Assembly (NCBI RefSeq): GCF_004010195.1
Contig: NC_057719.1
Location: 39,422,252-39,486,251, forward strand
Source of the DNA: Chiloscyllium plagiosum
Taxonomy: Eukaryota
Length of the DNA: 64,000 bases
Direction: 5' to 3'
The notes beneath the pieces are model-generated. The model worked only from the letters and a program-made list of their open reading frames with translations. It had not been told where the DNA came from and did not search any database. The position numbers were made by a program, and so were the translations under genes. Positions 27,250 through 40,139 of the stretch are shown one piece after another. Each line of letters opens with the position of its first letter. Within the stretch, counting starts at the first letter, position 1.

Positions 27250-29350
27250 AACAAGGAACAGAGGTAGACCACTTGACCCTTCAAACCTCCTCCGTCATTC
27301 ATGGCTGATCTTTGTTTCAAACTCCACATTTCCATCCATCTCCAATAACTTTATTCCCTTGCCTCACAAGAAACTTGATCTACCTTTACCTTTGTGATAT
27401 TCAGTGATCCTACCACCTCCACCTTCTGAGGCAGAGTATCTGGCTATATATGGTAATCTGCACAATTCTTGGAAGAAAATAAACTTTGCAACTCTGAACC
27501 GAAAGGCTGAGCCTTGATTTTTTTTTCCCCCTTTTTAAAATTTGTCTCCTAGTCTGGATTCACCTACATCTTTCCACATCCACTTTCACAAGGCCATTCA
27601 TGATCTTTATAATTCAGTCATGACATCCCTTTAAGCTAAACTCCAGTGGGAATGAGTCCAAACTGTCCAATCTTATCTCATGAGACAACCAATCATTCCA
27701 AGTATCAACTTAGTAAACCTGTTCGGGGCTGCCTTCAATATAATTACATGCTTCCTTGGATAAGAAACTCAAAACTGCACACAGTATTCAAGATATGGCC
27801 TCACCCTGTATAATTGAAGCATATCATCCTCAAATTTATGTTCAATTCCTATTTTAATAATGATTTGGAGATGATTTGGCTATTTTAATAATGGATAGCA
27901 TTCCATTAGCCTTAATTACTTTTCGTACCTGCATGCCAAAATTTTGTGGCTCAAGCAGTAGAAAACTTGGATCGTTCTACAACTCTGAATTCTCCAGTCC
28001 TTCTCCATTTAAGTAATACATTTTTTTGTCCTTGCTGCCAAAGTGAACAATTTCATTTTTCTACTTATTTCCCACTTCATCTGCAAGTTGTTTGCCTGCT
28101 CACTCAACTTGTCTATATCTGCTTGCAACCTCAACTCCTCTTCATTGCGCACTTTCCTTCCTATCATTGTCACCTTCCAATTTAGCTACTGTGCCTTCTG
28201 TCATCTATGAAATGAATATAAATTGTAAAAAGTTAAATCCCTAAAGCAAACCCCTGCGGAACTCTGTTCAGTCCATATTGTTAATCAAAGACCCATTTTT
28301 GCTTACTGTTTTCTGCCAGCCAGCTAATCTTCTATTGGTGCTCATATGTTACCCCTACATCATGAGCTTCTACTTTGCACACTAATCTTTTGTGTGGCAC
28401 CTTGTCTCATGCTTTCTGGAGATAGAAGCACAATTCCCCTTTATCCACAGCACATGTTAATCCTTCAAAGAACTCTAATACATTGCTAGTACGTAATTTC
28501 CCTTAAAACTGTTCTGACTATTTCTGCTAGCCTTCATTTTGTGATAAGTGCCCATCTATAACCACCTCAATGATTAATTCCTACCTTTTACCCACAACAG
28601 ATGTGAAGCCAACTGACCGAGAGTTTCCTATTTTCTGCTTCGCTCCTATTTTGAATAGAGTAATTACATTGCTGTTTTCCAGTCTGATAGAAACTTTCCA
28701 GAATCTAGAAATTTTTGGGAAATTACCACTAATGTATGTCTTTTCTATTTAGGGTACTGTTTGTTTTCAGGATGTTGGTGTGGCTCTTGCCAGCCCACCT
28801 TGGTAGGCAGCAATTCCCTTGTAATAGTAACTTACATGTCGTTTCTCCATTAACTGCTGATTGTATACTTGTTACTGGATGTTTTTTGTATCACTGTAGT
28901 GAAGTCAGGCAAAATATTTGTTAATTTTATCTGCTATTTCCTTATTTTCTGTTAACTTCCTATTCTCTCACTCTCAAGAGGACCAACACCCAATTTGCTT
29001 TTATGTTAAATATCCTGTACCTTTCCTTTTTAAATTTCTATCTAGTTTCCTCTGTACACTAATTTCTCTCTCCTGATTAATCTTTTAGTCATTCTCTGCC
29101 AGTAACCTGATCTGCCAGTCATCTTTGCACAATTATGTGCTTTTCTTTAACTTATTCAACCGCAGATAGCGGTTACTCCCATTAGAACTTTAAGTAATTT
29201 CAATTATCTGTTTCTGTCTGCTACTGTTTCTCTGATCCCCTAACGCATTATCTCAGTTCACTTCAGCTGGCTTAGTTTTCATACCCACACAGCTGCCCTT
29301 ATTTAAGTTTAAACTTAACTCCTCTCTTTCATGTTGGATGTAAAATTCAA
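27250..29350 (-). mobile_element. Old CR1 LINE, heavily decayed
   Basis: Scattered reverse-complement CR1 ORF2 motifs (caaaactgcacacagtattcaag = LEYCVQF). Confidence 0.7.
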
Positions 29351-29356
29351 TCTTTG

Positions 29357-30935
29357 TGGGGTGTAGGTTTGCTCGCTGAGCTTTAGGCTTGATATCCAGA
29401 CGTTTCATTACCTGGCTAGGTAACATCATCAGTGGCGACCTCCAAGTGAAGTGAAGCTGTTGTCTCCTGCTTTCTATTTATATGTTTGTCCTGGATGGGG
29501 TTCCTGAGGTTTGTGGTGATGTCATTTCCTGTTCGTTTTCTGAGGGTTGATAGATGGTATCTAGATCTATGTGTTTGTTTATGGCATTGTGGTTGGAGTG
29601 CCAGGCCTCTAGGAATTCTCTGGCATGTCTTTGCTTAGTCTGTACCAGGATAGATGTGTTGTCCCAGTCGAATGGTGGTTTTTTTCATCCGTGTGTAGGG
29701 CTATGAGGGAGAGAGGGTCGTGTCTTTTTGTGGCTAGCTGGTGTTCGTGTATCCTGGTGGCTAACTTTCTTCCTTTTGTCCTACGTAGTGTTTGTGGCAG
29801 TCCTTGCATGGAATTTTGTAGATGACATTGGTTTTGTCCATGGGTTGTACTGGGTCTTTTAAGTTTGTTAGTTTTTGTTTGAGAGTGTTGGTGGGTTTGT
29901 GTACTATTGGCATTCCGAGGGGTCTTAGTAGTCTGGCTGTCATTTCTGAGACTTCTTTGATGTATGGTAAGGTGGTTAGCATTTCTGGCTGTGTTTGGTC
30001 TGCTTGTCGTGGTTTGTTTTTGAGGAATTTGCAGACTGTATTTTTTGAGTATCCGTTCTTGAATATGTTGTATAGGTGGTTCTCCTCTGTTTTCCGAAGT
30101 TCGTCTGTGCTGCAGTGTGTGGTGGCTTGTTGGAATAGTGTTCTAATACAGCTTTGTGTGTGTTGGGATGGTTGCTGGTGTAGTTAAATATTTGGTCATT
30201 GTTTGTCGGTTTTCTGTATACGCAGGTTTGTAGTTCTCCATTGTCCTTTCTTTCGACTGTGATGTCCAGGAATGTGAGGTTGTTGTCCGTTTCTTCCTCC
30301 TTGGTGAACTTTATGCCTGTGAGGGTGTTGTTGATGATGTTAAATGTCTCTTCTATCTTGTTTTGTTTTGTGATGACAAAGGTGTCATCTACGTAGCGGA
30401 TCCAGATTTTTGGTTTGATGGTTGATAGGGCTGTTTGTTCTAGTCTTTGCATTACCGCTTCTGCTATGAATCCTGATAGCGGAGATCCCATGGGTGTGCC
30501 GTTGGTTTGTTTGTAGATTGTTGTTGAAGGTGAAGTGGGTGGTGAGGCACAGGTCCACTAGCTTCATGATGTTCTCATTGGTAGTGTGTGTGATGGTCTC
30601 TTCGAAAAGTGTGGTAAGTGTTTCCTTTGCCAGGTTGATGTTGATGGAGTGAACAGTGCTGTTAAGTTGAATGAGATCATTGTTTCGTTTTCCTCTATTT
30701 TTGTGTTTTTGATGATTTTTAGGAATTCGTGGGTGGAGTGGATGGAGCGCTGTGACTCTTCTACTAGGTATTTCAGTCTTGCGTGTAGTTCTTTGGCCAG
30801 TCTATAAGTTTGTGTTCCGGGTGGTGAGACTATGGGTCTGAGGGGGGGCTCCTGGTTTATGGATTTTTGGTAGTCCGTAGAATCGTGGGGTATTGGACCC
30901 GTCTGGTTGCATTTTCTGGAATTCCGTCTTGTTTA
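29357..30935 (-). mobile_element. Penelope-like retroelement, 5'-truncated (RT plus GIY-YIG plus terminal repeat)
   Basis: Minus ORFs MGSPLSGFIAEAVM..WIRYVDDTF..FLDI..VYRKPT and NVIYKIPCKDCHKHYVGQ. Confidence 0.95.
29396..29435 (-). ncRNA. Minimal type I hammerhead ribozyme motif in Penelope terminal repeat
   Basis: Minus strand: CCA-CTGATGA-T-GTTACCT-AGCC-AGGTAAT-GAAAC-GTC-TGG. Confidence 0.8.
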
Positions 30936-31150
30936 ATTGTCCGGAATTGTGTAATTTTCTTAGGAGATATGTAATTTTGTAAATATGTAACCTCCATCAA
31001 CATCGACCTGGCAAAGGAAGCACTTACCACACTTTTAGAAGAGCTATTCATTTGTTTATTTTGTTGCTAATATTTTACGCATTCAGCTATAAAGCCTTTT
31101 AGTTTAGTCTTTTTATTTTCTTTATAGCATTTAGATTTAACTGTTAGGCT

Positions 31151-31336
31151 TTAGATTTTAGATTAGATTAGATTAGATTAGATTAGATTACTTTCAGTGT
31201 GGAAACAGGCCCTTCGGCCCAACAAGTCCACACCGCCCCGCCGAAGCGCAACCCACCCATTCCCCTACATTTACCCCTTTACCTAACACTACGGGCAATT
31301 TAGCATGGCCAATTCACCTGACCTGCACATCTTTGG
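31151..31336 (-). mobile_element. 5'-truncated HE1-type V-SINE
   Basis: Near-identical to 10147-10315; (gatta)n tail. Confidence 0.9.
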
Positions 31337-31689
31337 TTAATCACAAAGAAAGCACCATGCCCTGACCTGCCATCCTGTGACCTTCATTTCCAGTAGGGTT
31401 TTGCTATCCTGCTTTGACTTTGCCCCTCAATTATTCTTCGAACTGCTAGCACTGTATTCCAAATTACATTCAAGTACTAAAAATGTCTGTATTTGTGTGC
31501 TACAGAAAGACAAGTTTTGGCTGATTTTCTTAATAGCATTTGAAGTTACTCAAGTAGTGAGCGTCCCTATCTCTGCTTCAACTATGAAATTTAGAATTTA
31601 AGCTGTAAATTGCAGTTAAAATATAAATGTAAACTACAAATAGAAATTGAATTGCTTAGAAAGAGATTACTCACCAAAATGCTAGCACC

Positions 31690-32680
31690 ATGTTTCAAGT
31701 CACACTCATTAACCTTGATCACCTTGTAGATCAAAAATCTAACCATATTCAATTAGTCCACCTCCACATTTGTCTGGGGAAGAAAATGCTCAAAATTAAC
31801 AATGCATCTAAGAGAGTTTTTTTAATATTCCTTTTAATCTCTTTCTTCAAGGGAAGCCACTTTATTCTGGCCTTGTGCCCTTTGCTTCTAGATTTTCCCC
31901 CATAAGGAAAAACATCCACTGAGCATCTGCCTTGTCAAGTTCCTTCAGGATCTCGTTTATTTCAGGAAGATCACCTCAATCCTGTAAACTGCAATAAGTA
32001 TAGGCCCAAATTGCTCAAACATTCCTCAAAGACAACTTCTTTATCCCAGGATTCAATCTAGTGAACCCAGTCTAACTACCTATGAAACAAATATGTTTTC
32101 TTTTTAAGGAGACCAGTATTGTATGTAGAACTGTAGGTGTGGTCTCACCAATACCCTCTACAGTTGTAGCATGAGCTCCCTGCTTTTATGCACGCTTCCT
32201 TGTTGCAATAGAGGCCAGCACACCATTTGGTTTCACATGATATGTTGTAGTTATGTGCTAATCTTCTGTGATTCCCATGGAAGAGCACCTGGATCTCGGT
32301 GCCCCCTTCTGTCCCTAGTCTGTCTCCACTTAAAAAATATTTTGCTTTACTATTCACTTACCAAAAAGGATAACCTCTATCTAAGTCGCCTTAAAGTTTT
32401 TTTGTACTCTTGTAACTTATAATTCCACCTGCTGCCATCAAGTGTGGAAATATTATATAGTTCCTCATAATCAAATCGTGAACAGTTGTGAACCTAGCAT
32501 TGACCTTTGGCATACCCAAAAGACAACATCCTGCCAATTTGAGAATGTTCAATCCAATCTTACTCTCTGCTTTCTGGTTATTGACCAACTTTCAATCCAT
32601 TAGAGTAGATTTCCTCCCAGTGCTGTGCACTTTTATTTTATTTGGTAATTTCCCATGTGGGACTTTATCGAGAACTGGAT
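31690..32680 (-). mobile_element. Old CR1 fragment
   Basis: Decayed reverse-complement CR1 3' and RT motifs. Confidence 0.65.
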
Positions 32681-33525
32681 GAAATAAAACTGAAGCTTGG
32701 CAATTAACTGTTACCTGGTATGTTTTCTATGGCAGTCTCTGTACCAATGTCACTCCACTCACGAATCATTCAGCAATTATTTCACATGCGGTATAAATTA
32801 TCGTTGCTTTGAGATTTGGTATCCTTGCAGTGTTGTCCTGATGAATGCAAGATGAAACACTTCAGCAGCATGTCTCTTTCTTTACATCGATACTCAAGTT
32901 CTATATTACTGATTTGATGATATGAAAGTTATTTCTGTACTACCAATTGATTATATGAAGCAGTTAACCTAGTTTGAGTTTAAATAAAACTCATTATTCA
33001 CCAATCTTCTGATTCATCTACTATAATGCTTTTAGAGTCAATGGAATCATACAGCACGGAAACAGACCCTTTGGTCTAACTTGTCCAGATGTCCTGAATT
33101 AATCTAGTCCCATTTGTCAGCATTTGCTCTATTTTGCTATAAATTCTTCCTATTCAGAAACCTATCCCTAGCTGCCTTTTAAATGTTGTAATTGTACCTG
33201 CCTCCACCAATTCCTCGGGCAGCTCATTCCGTACACACATCACTTTGTGTGAAAGAGTTGCCCTACCAATCCCTTTTACATCTTTCTACTCTCACCTTAA
33301 ACCTATGTCATCTAGTTTTGGACTGCGCCCACCCTGGGGGAAAATACCTTGTCTATTCACCTTATCTGTACCCCTCATGATTTAAAAACTCTCTGTAAGG
33401 TCACCCCTCAGCCTCCTAAAATCCAGCAGAAAAAAATATCTCAGTCTCTCGTTATAATTCAAATCCTCCAGTTGGGGTAATATCTTTTAGGTGTAGGTTT
33501 GCTCGCTGAGCTGTAGGTTTGATAT

Positions 33526-33565
33526 CCAGACGTTTCATTACCTGGCTAGGTAACATCATCAGTGG
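33526..33565 (-). ncRNA. Minimal type I hammerhead ribozyme motif
   Basis: Identical core to 29396-29435. Confidence 0.8.
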
Positions 33566-33998
33566 TGACCTCTAAGTGAAGCGAAGCTGTTGTCTCCTGC
33601 TTTTTATTTATATCTTTCTCCTGGATGGGGTTCCTGGAGTTTGTGGTGATGTCATTTCCTGTTCATTTTCTGAGGCGTTGATAGATGGCATCTAGATCCA
33701 TGTGTTTGTTTACGGCGTTGTGGTTGGAGTGCCAGACCTCTAGGAATTCTCTGGCATGTCTTTGGATAGATGTCCCAGGATAGATGTGTTATCCCAGTCG
33801 AAATGGTGGGTTTTTTTCATCCATGTGTAGGGCTACAAGGGAGAGTGGGTCGTGTCTTTTTGTGGCTAGCTGGTGTTCCTGTATCCTGGTGGCTAACTTT
33901 CTTCCTGTTTGTCCTACATAGTGTTTGTGGCAGTCCTTGCATGGAATTTTGTAGATGACATTGGTTTTGTCCATGGGTTGTACTGGGTCTTTTAAGTT

Positions 33999-34316
33999 TT
34001 AGATTAGATTATATTACATTACAGTGTGGAAACAGGCCCTTCAGCCCAACAAGTCCACACCGACCCGCTGAAGCGTGACCCACCCATACCCCTACATTTA
34101 CCCCTTACCTAACACTACGGGCAATTTAGCATGGCCAATTCACCTGACCAGCACATCTTTGGACTGTGGGAGGAAACCGGAGCACCCGGAGGAAACCCAC
34201 GCAGACACGGGGAGAACGTGCAAACTCCACACAGTCAGTCGCCTGAGGCGGGAATTTAACCCGGGTCTCTGGCGCTGTGAGGCAGCAGTGCTAACCACTG
34301 TGCCACCGTGCCGCCC
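33999..34316 (-). mobile_element. Full-length HE1-type V-SINE inserted in Penelope
   Basis: Near-identical to 10147-10469; splits the Penelope sequence tttaagttt|gttagtttttgtttgagag seen intact near 29860. Confidence 0.92.
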
Positions 34317-36000
34317 ATTTTTGTTTTTTTTTGTTTGTTAGTTTGTTAGTTTTTGTTTGAGAGTGTTGGTGGGTTTGTGTACTACCAGGATTCCGAAGGG
34401 TCTTAGTCTGGCTTTCATTTCTGAAACTTCTTTGATGTATGGTAAGGTGGTTAGGGTTTCTGGCTGTGTTTGGTCTGCTTGTCGTGGTTTGTTCTTGAGG
34501 AATCTGCGGACTGTATTTTTTGAGTATCCGTTCTTCTTGAATACGTTGTATAGATGGTTCTCCTCTGTTTTCCGAAGTTCGTCTGTGCTGCAGTGTGTGG
34601 TGGCTTGTTGGAATAGTGTTCTGATACAGCTTTGTTTGTGTGTGTTGGGATGGTTGCTGGTGTAGTTAAGTATTTGGTCATTGTTTGTCGGTTTTCTGTA
34701 TACGCAGGTTTGTAGTTCTCCGTTGTCCTTTCTTTCGTTTCTTTGTAATATCTTTGTAAATCTTCTCCAATTTAATAATACACTTACTTTTGCAGGATGA
34801 CCAGAACTGTACCCAGTATGCCAAATTGGCCTCTCCAGTGTCCAATTCAACCTCAACATGATGTTCAATTTTCTATACTCAGTGGTCTGAGCAATGCTAA
34901 ATGCCTCCTTAAACGCTCTGTACACCTGTGACACAAATTTCAAAGAACTATGTACCTGAACCCCTAGGTTTCTTTATTTGATAACACTACGCAGGGCCCT
35001 ACCATTAACTGTAGAAGTTCTGTCTTTGTTCTACCAAAATGCAATACCTTGCATTTATACAAATTAAACTCCATCTGCCACTCCTCAGTCTATTGGCCCA
35101 ATTGATCAAGATCTCTTTGTAATCTTAGATAACCTTCTTCACTGTTGACTATACCACCAGTTTTGGTATCATCCACAAACTTACCAAGCCTCTTACGTTC
35201 TCATTCAAATCATTTATATAAATAAAAGTGGACCCAACACCAATCCCAGCAAAACCCTGCTGGTCACAGGCCTCTACTCTGAAGAAAGACTCTCCACCAC
35301 CATCAACACACTCTCTCCTACTGTCGAGCTAATTTTATGTCCAATTGGCAAGCTTTCCCTGAATCCCATGCAACCTGACTTTAGTAATTCCAGGTTTCAT
35401 GCTGAACCTTGTCAAAAGAATTTACTGAAATCCACGTAGGCAATGTCTGCCTCTATACCCTTATCAATCTTTTTGGTTATGTCTTCAAAAAACTTAATCA
35501 GGTTTGTGAGACATGACTTCCCATGCACAAAGCCATACTGACCATCCCTAATCAGATCCCCTCTCAACCAAAACTGCAGTGAAAACACTATAAGAAGTTT
35601 GCTATCCATTTAATTGGCAACTTGCAAATAATTGTGTTCCTCTCTTGTTCTTCTGGGCTGTAGAAATCACAAGGATGGAAGGTGATAACGATGGAGCGTT
35701 GATGAGTTATTGTGCTGCATAGTGTAGATGGTACACACTATTGCCAGTATGCATCTGTGGCAAAGAGCATAAATATTGAAGGTGATTGATAGGGTGACAG
35801 CTACAAGGGCTGCTTTGTCTTGGATGGTGTCAAGCTTCTTGAGTGTTGTTGAAACTTCACTCATCCAGGCAAGTGAGAATATTCCATGACGATCTTGATT
35901 TGTGCCTAGTCCATGATGGACAGGTTCTGGAGAGGCAGGAGGCAAGTTACTCACAATGGAATTCCTAAATTCTGACCTTCTCTGGGAGTCACAGTATTTA

Positions 36001-39000
36001 CAGTACAACCTCGATTATCCAAACATCAATTATCCGAATTTTGGATTATCTGAACAAGATCTCAAGGTCCAGTAAAAACGGCACCAGGCAACTCAGCATT
36101 CAGTTATCAGTTAAACAACATTACGATGTGTGTTGCCGGATAACCGACACTCATATAAATTACAGCTTGTTTATGATCCCCAGGACGGAGGACAGGAAAA
36201 ATTTCTGGCTGTAACAGACTGCTCCTTTTTTGAGATATTTTAGATGATTTCCTTGAGTTCCAGGAGCAGCAATTACTTTTTTATATGCTGTTGCATTGTT
36301 TTGGAACTTCGGAGGAAAACAAAAGTCAAAACAACAGCACTTTTAAAAGGGAAAGGAACAGACAAAGGAAGCACATGGTGAGGTCAGTGCAAGAGAGAGA
36401 CACGGAGATAGAAACCCACACTGCTAACTGACACAGCAGCGAACCTGCATAGTTACTGTCTTTGCTGTTTGAATTCATGTATCACTGGACATCAGAGTGC
36501 GTCTGAGAAAATTAACAAACAGTGAAATTCACAACTAATCTTGGAGGAACCTGTTTGGGAGAGGTCACAGCACAGAAACAGATAAGTGAACATTTTAAGC
36601 GTGGCCTTACAATAAGATTGCAGTAGTGAGTGGAGTGGGTTCTTTCTTGATTATGTTTTATTGAGATATGTCTCTTGATTAAACTTAAAAATATAAGCCA
36701 TAAATATTACTTTAACCTGGAGCAGTGTTTTGTAGAGGAATAAATCAATGCCATTTTCTGGGTCTGTAGATTGAAAGAAGCAAAAATGGCCTTTAGTAGA
36801 GTGATATGCTCTTCTTGTCGGATCTGGGAGTTTAGGGAGAGTTTACGGGTTACTGAGGATTATAACTGCAATAAATGCCGTTGGTTGCAAATCCTATCAG
36901 TTCAACTTGATCGGTTGGAGAGACGATTAGAGGCGATAAGGAATTTACAAGAGCAAGGAGATGTGATGGATGGCAGTTATAGGAAGGAGGAAAAGACTGA
37001 GATATAGTCACATAAATGGGTTACCTCCAGGAAAGATAAGAGGTAAGCAGATAGTGCAGAAGTCTTCTGTGGCTATCCCCATTTCAAACAAGTATGCTGT
37101 TTTGGAAAATGTGGAGGGTGATGGGTTCTCAGGGGAACATAGCACAAACAGCCAAGTTTCTGCTATTGAGAGTGGCCCAAATGCAATGAAGGGTACTTTG
37201 GGTTCCAAGAGATCGATTGTGTTAGGGCATTCTCTAGTCCAAGGTGCAGACAGACTTTTCTGTGGCCAGCAGTGAGAAATCAGAATGGTATGTTGCTTCC
37301 CTGGTGCCAGGATCAAGGATGTCTCAGAGTGGGTGCAGAATGTTCTCAATTGGCCAGCAGGAGGTCATTGTCCACATTGGAACCAACAACATAGGAAGGG
37401 GAAAAGGTTGAGACTCTGAGGAGAGATTACAAAGAGTTAGGCAGTAATTTAAAAGGAGGTCCTCGAGGATAGTAATATCTGGATTACTCCCGGTGCTACG
37501 AACTAGTGAGGGTAGGAATGGGACCATAGAACAGATGAGTGCATGGCTGAGGAGCTGATGTATGGGGGAAGGATTCACATTTTTGGATCGTTGGGATCTC
37601 TTTTGGGGTAGAATTGACCTGAACAAGAATGACGGATTGCACCTAAATTGGAAAGGGAATAATGTCCTGGCAGGGAGATTTGCTAGAGCTGCTCGGGAGG
37701 ATTTAAACTGGTAAGGTGGTTGTGGGGCATGGTGAACCCAGGGAGATAGTGAAGAAAGAGATCAATCTGAGACTGGTACAGTTGAGAACAGAAGCGGGTC
37801 AAACAGTCAGAGCAGGCAGGGACAAAGCAGAGAACAAGGTAGGACTGATACATTAAACGGCATATATTTCAATTCAAGAGACCTAACAGGGAAGGCAGAT
37901 GAACTTAGGGCATGGTTCGGAACATGTGACTGGGGCATCACAGTAATTACAGAAACATGGCTCAGGGATGTTCCAGGATACAAATGCTACAGGAAGGGCA
38001 GAAAGGGAGGCAAGAGAGGAGGGGGGGTGGTGTTTTTGACAAAGAATAGAATTATAGCTGTACTGAGGGAGGATATTCCTGGGAATACATCCAAGGAAGT
38101 TATTTGGGTGGAAGTGAGCAATAAGAAAGGGATGATCACCTTACTGGAATTGTACTATAGACCTCTTAATAGTCAGAGGGAAATTGAGAAACAAATCTGT
38201 AAGGAGATCTCAGTTATCTATCAGAATAATAGGGTGGTTATTGTAGAGGATTTTAACTTTCCAAACATAGACTGGGACTGCCATAGTGTTAAGTGTATAC
38301 AAGAAAATTTTCTGATTCAGATAGTGATGTACCTGCTAGAGAAGGTGCAAACCTTGACCTACTCCTGAGAAATAAGGCAGGGCAGGTGACTGAGGTGTCA
38401 TTGGGGGAACACTTTGGGGCCAGCGACCATAATTCTATTAGTTTTAAAATAGTGATGGAAAAGGATAGACTCGATGTAAAAGTTGAAGTTCTAAATTGGA
38501 AAAAGGCCAATTTTGACAGTATTAGGCAAGAACTTTCAAAAGCTGATGGGGGGCAGATGTTTGCAGGTAAAGGGATGGCTGGAAAATGGGAAGCCTTCAG
38601 AAATGAGATAGCGAGAGTCCAGAGACCATATATTCCTGTTAGGGTAACAGGAAAGGCTGGTAGTTGTAGAGAATGCTGGATAACGAGAGAAATTGAGGTT
38701 TTAGTTACGAAAAAGAAGGAAGTATATATCAGGTATAGACAGCAGAGATCAAGTGAATCTTTAGAAGAGTATAAAGGCAATATGAGCATACTTAAGAGGG
38801 AAATCAGGAGGGCAAAAAGTGGACATGAGATAGCTTTGGCAAATAGAATTAAGGAGAATCCAAAGGGTTTTTACAAATACATTAAGGACAAAAGGGTAAC
38901 TAGGGAGAGAATAGGGCCCCTCAAAAATCAGCAAGGTGGCCTTTGTGTGGAGCCGCAGAAAATGGGGAAAATACTAAACACGTATTTTATATCAGTATTT

Positions 39001-39995
39001 ACTGTGGAAAAGGACATGGAAGATACAGAATGTAGGGAAGTAGATGGTGACATCTTGAAAAATGTCCATATTACAGAGGAAATGCTGGATGTCTTGAAAC
39101 ACATAAAGGTGGATAAATTCCCAGGACCTGATCAGGTGTACCCTAGAACTCTGTGGGAAGCTAGGGAAGTGATTGCTGTGCCTCTTGCTGAGATAGTTGT
39201 ATCATCGATAGTCATAGGTGCGGTGCTGGAAGACTGGAGGTTTGGTAATGTGGTGCCACTGCTTAAAAAAGATGGTAAGGACAAGCCAGGGAACCGAAGT
39301 CAGTGGTGGGCAAGGTGTTGGAGGAAATCCTGAGGGACAGGATGTACATGCATTTGCAAAGACAAGGACTGATTAGGGAGAGTTAACATGACTTTGTGCA
39401 TGGGAAATCATGTCTTACAAACTTGATTTTGCTTTTTTGAAGAATTAACAAAGAGGAATGATGAGGGCAGAGCAGTGGAACTTGGTAAGACGTTCGAGAA
39501 GTTGGGTAGGCTAGGGCTGTTTTCCCTGGAGCATTGGAGGCTGAGGGGTGACCTTATAGAGGTTTATAAAATCATGAGGGGCATGGATAGGATAAATGGA
39601 CAAAGTCTTTTCCCTGGGGTGGGGGAGTCCAGAACTAGAAGGCATAGATTTAGGATGAGAGAAGAAAGATATAAAAGAGACCTAAGGGGCAACATTTTCA
39701 TGCAGAGGGTGGCACATGAATGAAATGAGCTATCAGAGGAAATGGTGGAGGCTAGTACAATTGCAATATTTAAAAGGCATCTGGATAGGTATATGAATAG
39801 GAAGGGTTTGGAGAGATATGGGCTGGGTATTGGCAGGTGGGACTAGATTGCGTTGGGATTTCTGGTCAGCATGGACAAGTTGGACCGAAAGGTCTGTTTC
39901 CGTGCTGTACGTTTCCATGATTCTACGATTATCTGAACGATCAATTTTTCGAACAAAATGCTCCCCACCTTGCTTGGATAATCAAGGTTCTACTG
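36001..39995. mobile_element. Tigger/pogo-like MITE (ends about 36001-36170 and 39925-39995) split by a CR1
   Basis: TIRs cagtacaacctcgattatcc (36001-36020) and the reverse complement of ggataatcaaggttctactg (39976-39995) match at 18/20; TA on both flanks. Confidence 0.85.
36200..39925 (+). mobile_element. Near full-length CR1 LINE: 5' UTR, ORF1 (Zn finger/coiled coil plus SGNH esterase), ORF2 with RT deleted
   Basis: ORF1 MAFSRVICSSC..CNKC..LDRLERRLE, then VLGHSL, CCFPGARIKDV, VHIGTNN and DGLHL; ORF2 EDFNFP, LDLLL, SDHN (38293-39333); jumps to the 3' end at about 39480; tail ccatgattcta. Confidence 0.93.
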
Positions 39996-40139
39996 TATAT
40001 GACTGGTCCAGCTCAGTTTCTAGTGAATGATAACTCCTAGGATGTTGGTAGTGGAGGAATTCAGCAATAAGAATGGTGATATTTAGATTTTGTCTTTTAT
40101 TGGAGATTGCATTGCCTGGAGTTTACTATTTAATAAAAT

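Larger units (their letters stand above)
33488..34744 (-). mobile_element. Penelope-like element with 11-bp TSD
   Basis: Highly similar to 29357-30255; TSD gtaatatcttt at 33477-33487 and 34745-34755; GIY-YIG ORF 33789-33974. Confidence 0.93.
33035..35560 (-). mobile_element. CR1 LINE interrupted by a Penelope insertion (33488-34744)
   Basis: CR1 tail at 33035-33487 resumes at 34745; minus [23 protein letters not shown]. Confidence 0.85.

Noticed and set aside
31155..31190. CRISPR-like or telomeric repeat
   Set aside because: (GATTA)n SINE tail with no spacers; not TTAGGG.
29357..34744. Prokaryotic retron, group II intron or defence system (RT plus nuclease plus structured RNA)
   Set aside because: The motifs (MGSPLS, YVDD, C-terminal GIY-YIG) and the intronic vertebrate context identify Penelope-like retroelements.
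38293..39333. 346-aa ORF as a host or novel gene
   Set aside because: CR1 ORF2 fragment, homologous to 2345-3080 and followed by an RT deletion.
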